DNA of 64,000 nucleotides. Origin: a virus (lineage: Duplodnaviria; Caudoviricetes). The DNA is taken from positions 128,001-192,000 of IMG/VR virus record IMGVR_UViG_3300028591_000079; one strand, written 5' to 3'. Position 1 is the stretch's first letter. Each line of letters opens with the position of its first letter. Of this stretch, positions 30,453 through 39,624 are shown in pieces. The notes under the pieces are model-generated. The model made no database searches. It saw only the letters and a program-made list of their open reading frames with translations, and was not told the DNA's origin. A program made the position numbers and the translations under genes.

Positions 30453-30905
30453 ATGGATGCTTCATTATATTCATTTGACAAGGTAAGAGCTTTTAATGAT
30501 GTTGAAATAAGAAAACAACTTCAGTATATGTTTGTTGAAGAAGATATTGATGCATTTATTCAGTTTCTCCGTAAAATAAAAGACTTTGGAAAGCAATCAG
30601 CAGACAAGAGACACATGATTCTTGTTGATTTAGCTTTCTTCAAGTCCCAAATACAAAAATTCGAAGCACAAGTCAGATCTGCAAAAGAAAAAGAAAAACT
30701 AAAGCAGGTACAAGAAGCAATCAAAAAAGCAAAAATGACAGGTGCTAAAATTACAGAGAATGCAGTTACAGAATTTACAACAACCAATGCCAATTATGAA
30801 AACTTAGAAGAACTACATGCGTTGGCTCAAAGTTGGAAAGATTATATGTCTGATTTATACTTTATGTGTCAGCAAACAAACAAAATCATTGACAACTTTA
30901 ATTAA
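30453..30905 (+). CDS. Hypothetical helical protein, possibly a UvsY-like recombination mediator
   Basis: 150 aa, coiled coil, in the recombination cluster. Confidence 0.4.
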   Translation: MDASLYSFDKVRAFNDVEIRKQLQYMFVEEDIDAFIQFLRKIKDFGKQSADKRHMILVDLAFFKSQIQKFEAQVRSAKEKEKLKQVQEAIKKAKMTGAKITENAVTEFTTTNANYENLEELHALAQSWKDYMSDLYFMCQQTNKIIDNFN

Positions 30906-30922
30906 TATTTATTTTCACTTCA

Positions 30923-30958
30923 CATTAAACTTGTAAAAAACATTAAATATACTAAAAT
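30923..30958 (+). promoter_or_regulatory. Sigma70-like promoter with paired CATTAAA boxes
   Basis: CATTAAAC-TTGTAA-AAAA-CATTAAA-TATAC-TAAAAT. Confidence 0.75.
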
Positions 30959-30981
30959 CTATACAACTCAAACAAAAGGAG

Positions 30982-31227
30982 ATGTATATGAGTAATTCAC
31001 AAATTGATGGCGCACAGTTGTTATCTTACATTGAACGCGTAGAAAAATTGAATGATGATGCTGCTAACATTGCCGCTGACATCAAAGAAGTAATGAATGA
31101 AGCTAAGTCTGCAGGTTACGATCCAAAAATGATTAAGTGGTGTGTAAAAATGCGTAAAATGGACAAAGATGAAATTGAAGAACTGTCAGAGTTAGAAAAA
31201 ATGTACAGCAAAGCAATTGGTCTGTAA
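30982..31227 (+). CDS. gapR: GapR/DUF2312 nucleoid-associated protein
   Basis: QLLSYIERVEKL..IAADIKEV..EAKSAGYD.K..VKMRKMD..Y..AIG matches the DUF2312 pattern. Confidence 0.9.
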   Translation: MYMSNSQIDGAQLLSYIERVEKLNDDAANIAADIKEVMNEAKSAGYDPKMIKWCVKMRKMDKDEIEELSELEKMYSKAIGL

Positions 31228-31236
31228 TATAAAAGT

Positions 31237-31503
31237 TTGAAAGAAAAGGAAAGAATCATGCCAGTAGTATTTATGAAACAAGAAGAATATAAGTCCCCAG
31301 TTGATGAAATATTTGAAATTGGAATTGTAGATGCTACTGGTTTTTCTTTTCTTGAGGCTGAATTTTTCAAAGAATATATTGGTAAAGAAATTGAAGGACC
31401 AGATGGAAAGCAATATATCATCCACTCGATTATGAAAGATGTATTTACTGAAAAATTTTATGCTTTGTGTCAGGAATTAATAAATATAATGGAGGTAGGA
31501 TAA
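31237..31503 (+). CDS. Hypothetical protein
   Basis: ORF in a tightly packed operon; true start may be ATG at 31258. Confidence 0.5.
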   Translation: MKEKERIMPVVFMKQEEYKSPVDEIFEIGIVDATGFSFLEAEFFKEYIGKEIEGPDGKQYIIHSIMKDVFTEKFYALCQELINIMEVG

Positions 31504-31751
31504 TGTCAAAAAAAAGTGAAGATTGTCAACCAAACAAACTATCTGAACTGTCTTATTTTACTCAACAATTTGTCCCGTTAGATACTGTTTTTTATCATCC
31601 AACTATAAATGGAGTAGAAGAAGTATCATATAGACAATTTCTCAAGACAGATCAACCTCCAATGACTGAATTATATTTCTCTAAAGCAAAAGCAGAAATT
31701 GTATCAGAAAAAATAAAGAACAACGAAACAGACGAAAAAAACAATGAATAA
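31503..31751 (+). CDS. Hypothetical protein
   Basis: GGAGG RBS; ATG overlaps the previous stop. Confidence 0.55.
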   Translation: MSKKSEDCQPNKLSELSYFTQQFVPLDTVFYHPTINGVEEVSYRQFLKTDQPPMTELYFSKAKAEIVSEKIKNNETDEKNNE

Positions 31752-32730
31752 TACAACTCTAATCGTAGATGCATCACACTTAATTTATCGTAATCTATCG
31801 GTAACTGGAAAAGATCTGTATACAAAATCGAATCTTCCAGTAAAGGGGTTGTATGGTGTTCTTTCTTCAATCAATAAAATACTAGAAGAAAATCCTACAA
31901 TAAATAGAATATACTTAGCTTTTGATGGATTCTCTAAATATCGTCATGAGCTCTATCCAGAATACAAAGCAAATAGAGAACATAATCCAGAAAACAAAAG
32001 ATACCAAGATTATATAACACCAGATAGTCACGGTTGGTCCAGAAAAGATACTATAAAATGGACAATGGAAAAAACAAAAGAAATCGCGCCTAAATTTTGT
32101 ATGCATGTAGTCTATAATGAAGATGCAGAAGGTGATGATATGGGTTATTTGTTGGGGAAACAGCTTTATAATACATCTGAACTTATTTTTATGACAGATG
32201 ATAAAGACTGGTTACAACTTATCAATCTTTTTCCAAACTCAACAGTATATAGAGCAATGGCAGGAGAAATCGTTACATCACAAAATTTTACTCAAACACA
32301 AAATATTCCTGCTAATTGGTTCGTATTTCAAAAAACAATGCTCGGAGATAAAAGTGATAATATTCCATCTGTTATTTCTGGTTGTGGAGAAAAAGCTATA
32401 GAATTATTAATCAACGAAGCAATAAAACACAACATCAATCCAGAATCAGAAACATTATGGGAAGAACTTGAAAATATAATAGATGATGTGGAGCTTGGAA
32501 GACACAAAAACCTCATCAATATCAAAAATTACGAAAATAAACTAACTTACGAAAGAAATAAAAAACTTGTAGACTTTCGTATGGCACAAATTACTAACAC
32601 ACTAACAGAAAATATAAATGAAACTCTTAGTCTTGATTTTGAAGAAGTGGCAAGTGTAATAAGAGAACTGGAATTTAAATCATTATCAAAAATTATCATA
32701 CCTGGTAGTCCTTGGTATAGATTGAAATAA
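31744..32730 (+). CDS. 5'-3' exonuclease/flap endonuclease (T4 RNase H-like)
   Basis: LIVD, AFD, RHELYPEYKANR, EGDD, DKDWLQL, GDKSDNIP..GEK. Confidence 0.93.
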   Translation: MNNTTLIVDASHLIYRNLSVTGKDLYTKSNLPVKGLYGVLSSINKILEENPTINRIYLAFDGFSKYRHELYPEYKANREHNPENKRYQDYITPDSHGWSRKDTIKWTMEKTKEIAPKFCMHVVYNEDAEGDDMGYLLGKQLYNTSELIFMTDDKDWLQLINLFPNSTVYRAMAGEIVTSQNFTQTQNIPANWFVFQKTMLGDKSDNIPSVISGCGEKAIELLINEAIKHNINPESETLWEELENIIDDVELGRHKNLINIKNYENKLTYERNKKLVDFRMAQITNTLTENINETLSLDFEEVASVIRELEFKSLSKIIIPGSPWYRLK

Positions 32731-32747
32731 AAACACAGGAGGTATAA

Positions 32748-34160
32748 ATGAATGATGACAATACTAAGTTTGATTTCGATGAAGAGTTGCAATTCAAAAT
32801 ACTTCAACTCTGTGTTCAGGATTATCAATGGACTACTTCTGTCGGACTTGAAATAATAGATGCCAAATTCTTCGATAATGAAATGTATGGCAAAATTTTC
32901 AACTGGATCAAATACCTTACACAAAAATATAATACAGATATAAAAATGCCCATCCTAAAAGACTGTGCAACCAAGGTATATAACGAACAAAGAATTACAC
33001 TAGACCAAAAAATTATCTATGACCAAATTATCGAAAGACTTTATGACTCTCTCGACGACTTCACAAATGGAATAGAATATCTAAAAGAAAGAGCTCTCGA
33101 ATTCGCAAAAAAAGAAAAATTTCGTATGGGTCTTCAACAAGCTGTAAATCTCCTAAAACTTGATCCAAACGCCTATGAACAAGCAATACCTATTATGGAA
33201 AAATCTCTTGCTGTTGGTTCTGGACTTAATCTCGGTATGGACTTGAAGCGTGACATCTTAAACCTTCCACAAATATTGGGTAAAAAATACGACAGAGTGA
33301 ATATGATATCAACAGGACTAAAAGGACTCGATGAAGCTATTGGTGGTGGCTGGATAAATGGGACTCTTAGTTTGATCGCTGCAGCTTCTGGTGGTGGTAA
33401 ATCTCGTGCTATGTCATATTTTGCAGCTGAAGCACTAAAACAAGGGAAAAAAGTAGTGTATATAACATTGGAATTAGATGAAGATGAAACCCTTGCCAAT
33501 GTCGTATCTTCTCTTACCGATAAAACTTGGTGGGATATGATGAACCCTGACCCAAACGCAAGATTAGAATATCAGTCGGCAGCAGAAAAAGTAAAAGATA
33601 CACTTAATGCAAATCTAAAAGTAAAATTCTATGTAAACAAAACTATATCAACCCAAACTATCAATGCTTATTTGATGAGACTTAGAAGTTCTGAAGGGTT
33701 TACTCCGGATTTGGTTGTTGTGGACTATATGGACTTGTTGTTGCCAATAGAAAAACCGAGAAGCAGAAGCGAAGAAAGTGATTACAGTTCCCTTGGTATT
33801 GTATGTTTTGAGTTGATCGGTCTCGGTAAAGCTTTCAATGTTCCTATTATTTCTGGCTCACAATTGAACAGATCAGCATTCGATATTACAGGAAATCAAG
33901 TTGTAAGTATGGCAAGTCTCAGCGATTCTGCACGCAAGGTATTCAATTGTCATAATTTAATTACAATCAACAGAAACCCTTCAGAAAAAGAATTGGGTAA
34001 GGCGAGACTTTATTTAGCCAAAGCAAGAACGGGTCATCAAAATGAAATTGTTTATACTAATTATGATCTTGGAAAGTGTAAAATACAAGAGGTGCCTCCA
34101 TATGATCCCACAGAAGAGGTTGATGGAATGGTAAATGTGAAACAAGTTGGAGGGAAATGA
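32748..34160 (+). CDS. Replicative helicase (DnaB/gp41 family)
   Basis: Walker A AASGGGKS, YITLEL, VVVDYMDL, SQLNR, KAR. Confidence 0.93.
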   Translation: MNDDNTKFDFDEELQFKILQLCVQDYQWTTSVGLEIIDAKFFDNEMYGKIFNWIKYLTQKYNTDIKMPILKDCATKVYNEQRITLDQKIIYDQIIERLYDSLDDFTNGIEYLKERALEFAKKEKFRMGLQQAVNLLKLDPNAYEQAIPIMEKSLAVGSGLNLGMDLKRDILNLPQILGKKYDRVNMISTGLKGLDEAIGGGWINGTLSLIAAASGGGKSRAMSYFAAEALKQGKKVVYITLELDEDETLANVVSSLTDKTWWDMMNPDPNARLEYQSAAEKVKDTLNANLKVKFYVNKTISTQTINAYLMRLRSSEGFTPDLVVVDYMDLLLPIEKPRSRSEESDYSSLGIVCFELIGLGKAFNVPIISGSQLNRSAFDITGNQVVSMASLSDSARKVFNCHNLITINRNPSEKELGKARLYLAKARTGHQNEIVYTNYDLGKCKIQEVPPYDPTEEVDGMVNVKQVGGK

Positions 34161-35122
34161 TGGTAGGTTTTTATTTTGGGGATTTGAATAAAAGAAAAAC
34201 AACGACAACACGCGCTTCTATTTCTTATGGAGCCAAATACCCAGTAGAAAAACCAATTACATACAATAAATTTCTCAATGATAACATAGAAAAACTTCAC
34301 CTTGCAATGGATGATATAAAAATAAAATATGGAAAAAAATGGGGGTTGTGGGGTGAAGATAATAGTAATGGCGAGTTCAATGTACTAAACAATTTGCTCT
34401 CCAACACGCCACCGGAAGGATATAAAGTTGCAAGAGTCATGAGTAATACAAAAAAAATTAGATTCTTGTATGAATGGGACAATGTTAGTCTAGATGCCCA
34501 AAAAATATTTACACAAGATCTTATTAGAAAGGGTGTATTACAAAGAGCTGTTTTCTCTGGTTCAAAATCTATTCATCATATTATAGAGCTTTGGTCAAAC
34601 AGAGAACCACAAAACAAAGAAGAATATAGGTTTATGCATAGATTTATAGCTCAACAATTGGGACTTTCGGGTTTTGATACACAGTGCATTGACAGCTCAA
34701 GATTAACACGTTGTCCAGGGGTTTTTAGAAAGGAGAAGGGCAAATGGCAGGAACTAATCTATTATAGCAATGAAAACAGATTTAAATGCGATAATTGGTA
34801 TGAATATTTTTTGGCAGAGAAGAAAAACACAAACAATGACACAACAACAAAATTATTTAGAATTATAGACTCGATAAAAGATTTAAATAAAGGTGCCGAT
34901 CATAAGTTTGTTGCCAATTATATAAGATCAGAAGAAAAAAAGGGAAGTTTTGGCGATGGTAGAAAACACGAAAATGTACCAAGAATAGTTGCCGCCCTAA
35001 AATTAAAAGGTCATTTGTCATTAGAAGAAGTACAAACAGTTTTAGAGCCATACTTGGAACATTTAGATAATCAGGATTTATGGAATAGTATAGAAAAATT
35101 ATATAATGGAGCTTCTGACTAA
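34157..35122 (+). CDS. Archaeo-eukaryotic-type primase (AEP/PrimPol-like)
   Basis: YEWD, FSGSKSIH, D..DSSRLTRCPG motifs; between helicase and polymerase. Confidence 0.75.
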   Translation: MMVGFYFGDLNKRKTTTTRASISYGAKYPVEKPITYNKFLNDNIEKLHLAMDDIKIKYGKKWGLWGEDNSNGEFNVLNNLLSNTPPEGYKVARVMSNTKKIRFLYEWDNVSLDAQKIFTQDLIRKGVLQRAVFSGSKSIHHIIELWSNREPQNKEEYRFMHRFIAQQLGLSGFDTQCIDSSRLTRCPGVFRKEKGKWQELIYYSNENRFKCDNWYEYFLAEKKNTNNDTTTKLFRIIDSIKDLNKGADHKFVANYIRSEEKKGSFGDGRKHENVPRIVAALKLKGHLSLEEVQTVLEPYLEHLDNQDLWNSIEKLYNGASD

Positions 35123-35125
35123 AAA

Positions 35126-35161
35126 CATTAAACTTGAATAAAACATTAAATCATATAAAAT
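35126..35161 (+). promoter_or_regulatory. Sigma70-like promoter with paired CATTAAA boxes
   Basis: CATTAAAC-TTGAAT-AAAA-CATTAAA-TCATA-TAAAAT. Confidence 0.75.
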
Positions 35162-35184
35162 AAAATGGCAAATAGGAGAATAAT

Positions 35185-38100
35185 ATGCCCGACTTACCAA
35201 AACTTTATCCTTGTCATTTACATTCTTGGTTTTCATTAGGCGATTCGTGTATTTCTCCTAAGAAATTAGTAAAACGCATGAAAGAACTAGATCTTGAAAA
35301 AACAGCTATTACTGATCATGGAAATGTTTTACATGTTATTCGTTTCAATTCAGCATTACAAAAAGAAGAAAAAACACTATATCCGGGCGAAGAATTTTAT
35401 TATATTGAAGATGCAACACAAAAAGATGCAGAACACAGAGCAGCATACCATCTAACAATTGTTGCGTATAATCAAGAAGGACTAAGCACGTTATATAAAC
35501 TTTCTTCATTGTCATATATTGATGGATTTTATTTCAAGCCAAAAATCGATTTAAAAATGCTAAAAGAAAACAATAAAGGCATTCGCGTTTCTTCTGCATG
35601 TATAAAAGGGTTGATTGCTAGCGAAATTATAAATGATAGATATGAAAATGCAAAAAATGTGGCACAACAATTCAAAGATATATTTGGTGAAAATTTTTAT
35701 TTAGAAATTATGCCCCACAATCTTGATGAGCAAAGAAAAACAAATTTGGGCGTATTGAAAATATCAGAAGAGCTTAATATTCCACTGTTAGCAACATATG
35801 ATGCGCACATGTGCAATCAAAATGAAACAAAATATCGCAGATTCTTGATTCAAATGACGAAAGCAGGGTGGGCAAGTGAAGATATGGAACTTGGGCTCAC
35901 TGACACTATTTATATGATGTCTGCAGAAGAATATATAAACTTCTTTAAAAAATATCATCCAGAATTTCCACAAAACAAGGTTATTGAAGCTATCGCAAAT
36001 ACAGAAAAATATCTTGGAAATGAAAAAATCGAAATGGAAACCGATCAGTGTATATTCCCTAAAATTGATATACCACCTCAATATAAAGATGATTTGGATT
36101 ATATTCGTCATTTATTGTGGAATTCAATGAAAGAAAAAGGCCTAGATAAAAAACCTGAATATATTGAACGAGTAAAAGAAGAATTAGAAATAATGAATAA
36201 TGATGGGTTTGTTCCATACTTTTTAGTATTATACGATGTATTTAATTGGTGTAGACAAAATAATGTCATGACTGGTCCTGGTCGCGGATCAGGTGCCGGT
36301 TGCCTTATGAACTATTTATTAGGCATCACACGAATTGACCCATTGAAGTTTGAATTACAATTTGATAGATTTTACAATGCTGGTAGAAAAGGCCCTGATG
36401 GGTGTCCAGATGTGGATTCAGATTTTGCAGATGCCCGCAGAGAAGAAGTAATTAAATATACTGAAGAAAAATATGGATCAGATAAAATTTCTCAAATCTG
36501 TAATATTTCTACTATGAAGATGAAGTCTTGCATTAAAGATTGCGCAAGAGTATTGAATATACCTTTTGCAGAAGCTAATGCACTAACAAACAAAATAGAT
36601 TGGGATGCTTTCGAATCTTTAGATGAAGCAAAAGAAGATAAATCAGCTGGAGCATTGATAAATAAATATAAAGAAGTATTTGAATATGTTGAATATTTTC
36701 TAGACTTTCCGAGACAAACAGGAAAGCATGCAGCAGGCATTATTATTTCAAATAGACCAATTGGAGATGTTTGCCCTATGATGTTGTCTGAAGTAGAAGG
36801 CAAGAAGTTTTTGATTTCGCAATTTGATAAAGATGATGTACACAAAACAGGATTGATAAAATTTGACTATTTAGGTTTATCTACTCTTACATTTTTGACA
36901 CACATCGTTGAAGACATAAAAAGAATGTATGGTAAAGATATAGATTTGGATTCGATTGATATTACAGATAAAGAGGTATACAAACACATTTTGGCTACAG
37001 CAGATACAGACAACGTTTTTCAAATGGAGTCTGGCGGTATGAGAAACTATTTAAAAAGATTACAGCCTGATAGATTTGGAGATCTAAGTGCTTTAAATTC
37101 CTTATATAGACCTGCTGGAATTAAGTCTGGAGCTATCGATAATTATATAAACAATAAATTTGAGCAACCAAAAAAATATGGTGTCAAAGAGTTGGATGAT
37201 TTATTGGCTAAAACTAATTATGTTGTATGTTATGATGAAATTAAAATGAGTGTTGTAAAGATCTTTGGTGAATTTAGTCCAAAAGATGTAAATAAGTTTC
37301 GTAAATCATCCGGCAAAAAAGATCCAAAATCAATGGAATACTGTGCAGAAATGAAGCCGACTTTTGTAGAAAACGCACAAAAACATGGACTAACAGAAGA
37401 ACAAGCGTCTATGTTGTATGATTCATTGATTGGTTATGCATTTTGTAAGGCCCATGCCGATTGTTATTCTATTCTTACATATTGGACTGCTTGGTTGAAA
37501 TATTATTATCCGGTGAACTTTTTACACGCCTCGTTTACATTTAGCACTATGGATGCGGAAAAGGACAAGTATTCAATCAAGACGGCGTTAAAGATGGCAA
37601 AAAGAATGGGATATAAATTCGCAGGGGTTGATATAAACAGAAGTGGGTGGAATTTTAAGTTTGATGATGATAAAAAATTTGTATATTGGTCAATGAGGAA
37701 CATAAAACAAGTGAGTGAAGATATTGCAAAAAAAATAGAAGAAAATCAACCATATACAGATTTTAATGATTTTGTGGCACGTGGTAAAGAGTTTGGTGTT
37801 AGTAAAAGAGTTATTGATCCATTATTATCCTTGGGTGCTTTTGATAGTTTAAATTGTGGTGATCAAATAAAAGAGTGGTGGATAAAAAACAATAAACTAA
37901 AAAAGGCAGACAGAGAAGCTTTGGGAATAGAAACAAAAGAACAAGAATTAGAATATTTAGATAAGAAGTATGAAGAATTAATCAACGAACCACAACGAGT
38001 CAAAGAAAATAAATGGCTAGGTGTGGTTGTAAGTGTTGACGATGATGTGTTTGAATTAAATAAAAAATGTATCGGGCATGAACAATTCAGAAAACTCAAA

Positions 38101-38430
38101 GAAAAAGATAACTGCATAGTGTGTGGAATTTTGACAAAGAAAGAGTTGAAAAAAGGAAAGAGTGGTAATAATTATGGTGTATATACTGTAATGAACAAAG
38201 ACTACAATTTTTATACTTTACAGATGCCTGGTAAGACTTATTTAACTTTTGAGGATGGTAATTTAGATAGTGAATATAAGTTTGTAGAAGGTGATTGGGT
38301 TATGTTTTATGGTAGCAAGGCTGATGAGAATAGAATCTTTTTAAATGGTTCTATGATTGTAAACTTGGCTGAATACGAAAGAAAAGTAAAAGCAAAAACA
38401 ATAAAAGAAAAAATGGTGTTTCAGGGATAA
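35185..38430 (+). CDS. dnaE: DNA polymerase III alpha subunit (family C)
   Basis: PHP domain, GPGRGSGAG, PDVDSD, HAAG, KFDYLGL, FQMES, YAFCKAH; no intein seen. Confidence 0.96.
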   Translation: MPDLPKLYPCHLHSWFSLGDSCISPKKLVKRMKELDLEKTAITDHGNVLHVIRFNSALQKEEKTLYPGEEFYYIEDATQKDAEHRAAYHLTIVAYNQEGLSTLYKLSSLSYIDGFYFKPKIDLKMLKENNKGIRVSSACIKGLIASEIINDRYENAKNVAQQFKDIFGENFYLEIMPHNLDEQRKTNLGVLKISEELNIPLLATYDAHMCNQNETKYRRFLIQMTKAGWASEDMELGLTDTIYMMSAEEYINFFKKYHPEFPQNKVIEAIANTEKYLGNEKIEMETDQCIFPKIDIPPQYKDDLDYIRHLLWNSMKEKGLDKKPEYIERVKEELEIMNNDGFVPYFLVLYDVFNWCRQNNVMTGPGRGSGAGCLMNYLLGITRIDPLKFELQFDRFYNAGRKGPDGCPDVDSDFADARREEVIKYTEEKYGSDKISQICNISTMKMKSCIKDCARVLNIPFAEANALTNKIDWDAFESLDEAKEDKSAGALINKYKEVFEYVEYFLDFPRQTGKHAAGIIISNRPIGDVCPMMLSEVEGKKFLISQFDKDDVHKTGLIKFDYLGLSTLTFLTHIVEDIKRMYGKDIDLDSIDITDKEVYKHILATADTDNVFQMESGGMRNYLKRLQPDRFGDLSALNSLYRPAGIKSGAIDNYINNKFEQPKKYGVKELDDLLAKTNYVVCYDEIKMSVVKIFGEFSPKDVNKFRKSSGKKDPKSMEYCAEMKPTFVENAQKHGLTEEQASMLYDSLIGYAFCKAHADCYSILTYWTAWLKYYYPVNFLHASFTFSTMDAEKDKYSIKTALKMAKRMGYKFAGVDINRSGWNFKFDDDKKFVYWSMRNIKQVSEDIAKKIEENQPYTDFNDFVARGKEFGVSKRVIDPLLSLGAFDSLNCGDQIKEWWIKNNKLKKADREALGIETKEQELEYLDKKYEELINEPQRVKENKWLGVVVSVDDDVFELNKKCIGHEQFRKLKEKDNCIVCGILTKKELKKGKSGNNYGVYTVMNKDYNFYTLQMPGKTYLTFEDGNLDSEYKFVEGDWVMFYGSKADENRIFLNGSMIVNLAEYERKVKAKTIKEKMVFQG

Positions 38431-38467
38431 TATTAAACTTGAAAAACTCTATTAAATATATTATAAT
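38431..38467 (+). promoter_or_regulatory. Sigma70-like promoter with paired TATTAAA boxes
   Basis: TATTAAAC-TTGAAA..TATTAAA..TATAAT, 17-bp spacer. Confidence 0.75.
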
Positions 38468-38491
38468 TTAATAAAATAAAAAGGATAAATC

Positions 38492-38803
38492 TTGGCAAAC
38501 AATACTGGAAGACTTTTTAAGAATCCAAATTTTACTGAGGGTTCAAAATTGCCGAGATATATTGGAGAATGTGAAGTTGATGGTGTAAAAAAAGCAGTAG
38601 CAGCATGGATAAGACCTTATAAAAATGGTGGATCCTATATGTATATCAACTTTGGAGAACTAAAAAAACAATCAAATGAAAGAATAATCCCGATAAAGAG
38701 TAAAAACAAAGATGGTATAAGAAAGTTGGATAAAATAGCTACAGGCAAAAAAGAAGAAAAAATAAAAACAGAAGATATAGAAGTTACAGGAATACCATTT
38801 TAG
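38492..38803 (+). CDS. Small putative nucleic-acid-binding protein (DUF736-like) with IPF tail
   Basis: G.LFKN..P.Y.G..V.G..AAW pattern; ends EVTGIPF; TTG start with AAGGA RBS. Confidence 0.55.
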   Translation: MANNTGRLFKNPNFTEGSKLPRYIGECEVDGVKKAVAAWIRPYKNGGSYMYINFGELKKQSNERIIPIKSKNKDGIRKLDKIATGKKEEKIKTEDIEVTGIPF

Positions 38804-38814
38804 AGGAGGTTTAG

Positions 38815-38985
38815 ATGTCAGATATATTATTAGTATTAGGTATTTCAAGTTTTACACATTATTTTGGAATATTTACTTTTCATGCTGTTCATTATTGGAG
38901 TCTATTGTTCTTTTTGTTTACAGTAGATTTCTTTTTTACAAGTTGGAGCAATAAATTAAAAGAAAAAGATAATAAAAAGGAGTAA
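38815..38985 (+). CDS. Small membrane protein, 56 aa (absent from the ORF track)
   Basis: GGAGG RBS; MSDILLVLGISSFTHYFGIFTFHAVHYWSLLFFLFTVDFFFTSWSNKLKEKDNKKE fills the gap. Confidence 0.65.
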   Translation: MSDILLVLGISSFTHYFGIFTFHAVHYWSLLFFLFTVDFFFTSWSNKLKEKDNKKE

Positions 38986-38989
38986 AAAC

Positions 38990-39610
38990 ATGATCATCGG
39001 ACTAAGTGGTATTGCGGGGAGTGGTAAAGATACGGTTGCAAATTTGATCATTAAAAACCACAAAAATTGGGTAAAAACATCATTTGCAAAATCTATGAAA
39101 GATGCTGTTGCTGGAATGTATGGACTACCCAGAGAAATGTTAGAAGGAGACACAAAAGAATCTAGAGAATGGAGAGAACAACCGGTAGAATTTTGGGGAG
39201 AAAAACTTGGAATTGAAAATCTTACACCTAGACAGATTTTGCAATTTTTTGGTACAGGGTTGGTTCGCACACATGTTAATCCTGATTTTTGGGTGTACAG
39301 AACAGAATTTGAATTAGATAAACTAACGAGTGGTGGTGGGAATGCTTTAGTTACTGATGTTAGATTTCCCAATGAAGCAGAAATGATCAAATCAAAAGGT
39401 GGACAGATTTGGCATGTTTTTTGTGGCGATGTCCCTGAATGGTTTACAAATTATAGAGACAAAAGAATTATTCCAGATGGCGTACATGAGTCTGAATATA
39501 GATGGGCAGAAACAACACCAGATGCAATAATTCACCCACAACGCAAGGGATTAGAATTGTTAGAAAAATTAGTCGAAACAACATATAAACACAAAATAGA
39601 AGAACAATAA
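38990..39610 (+). CDS. Deoxynucleoside monophosphate kinase (T4 gp1-like)
   Basis: IIGLSGIAGSGKDT, SFA..K, PRQILQ.FGT, TDVRFPNE, HESE. Confidence 0.93.
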   Translation: MIIGLSGIAGSGKDTVANLIIKNHKNWVKTSFAKSMKDAVAGMYGLPREMLEGDTKESREWREQPVEFWGEKLGIENLTPRQILQFFGTGLVRTHVNPDFWVYRTEFELDKLTSGGGNALVTDVRFPNEAEMIKSKGGQIWHVFCGDVPEWFTNYRDKRIIPDGVHESEYRWAETTPDAIIHPQRKGLELLEKLVETTYKHKIEEQ

Positions 39611-39624
39611 TAAAGAGAAGTGGG

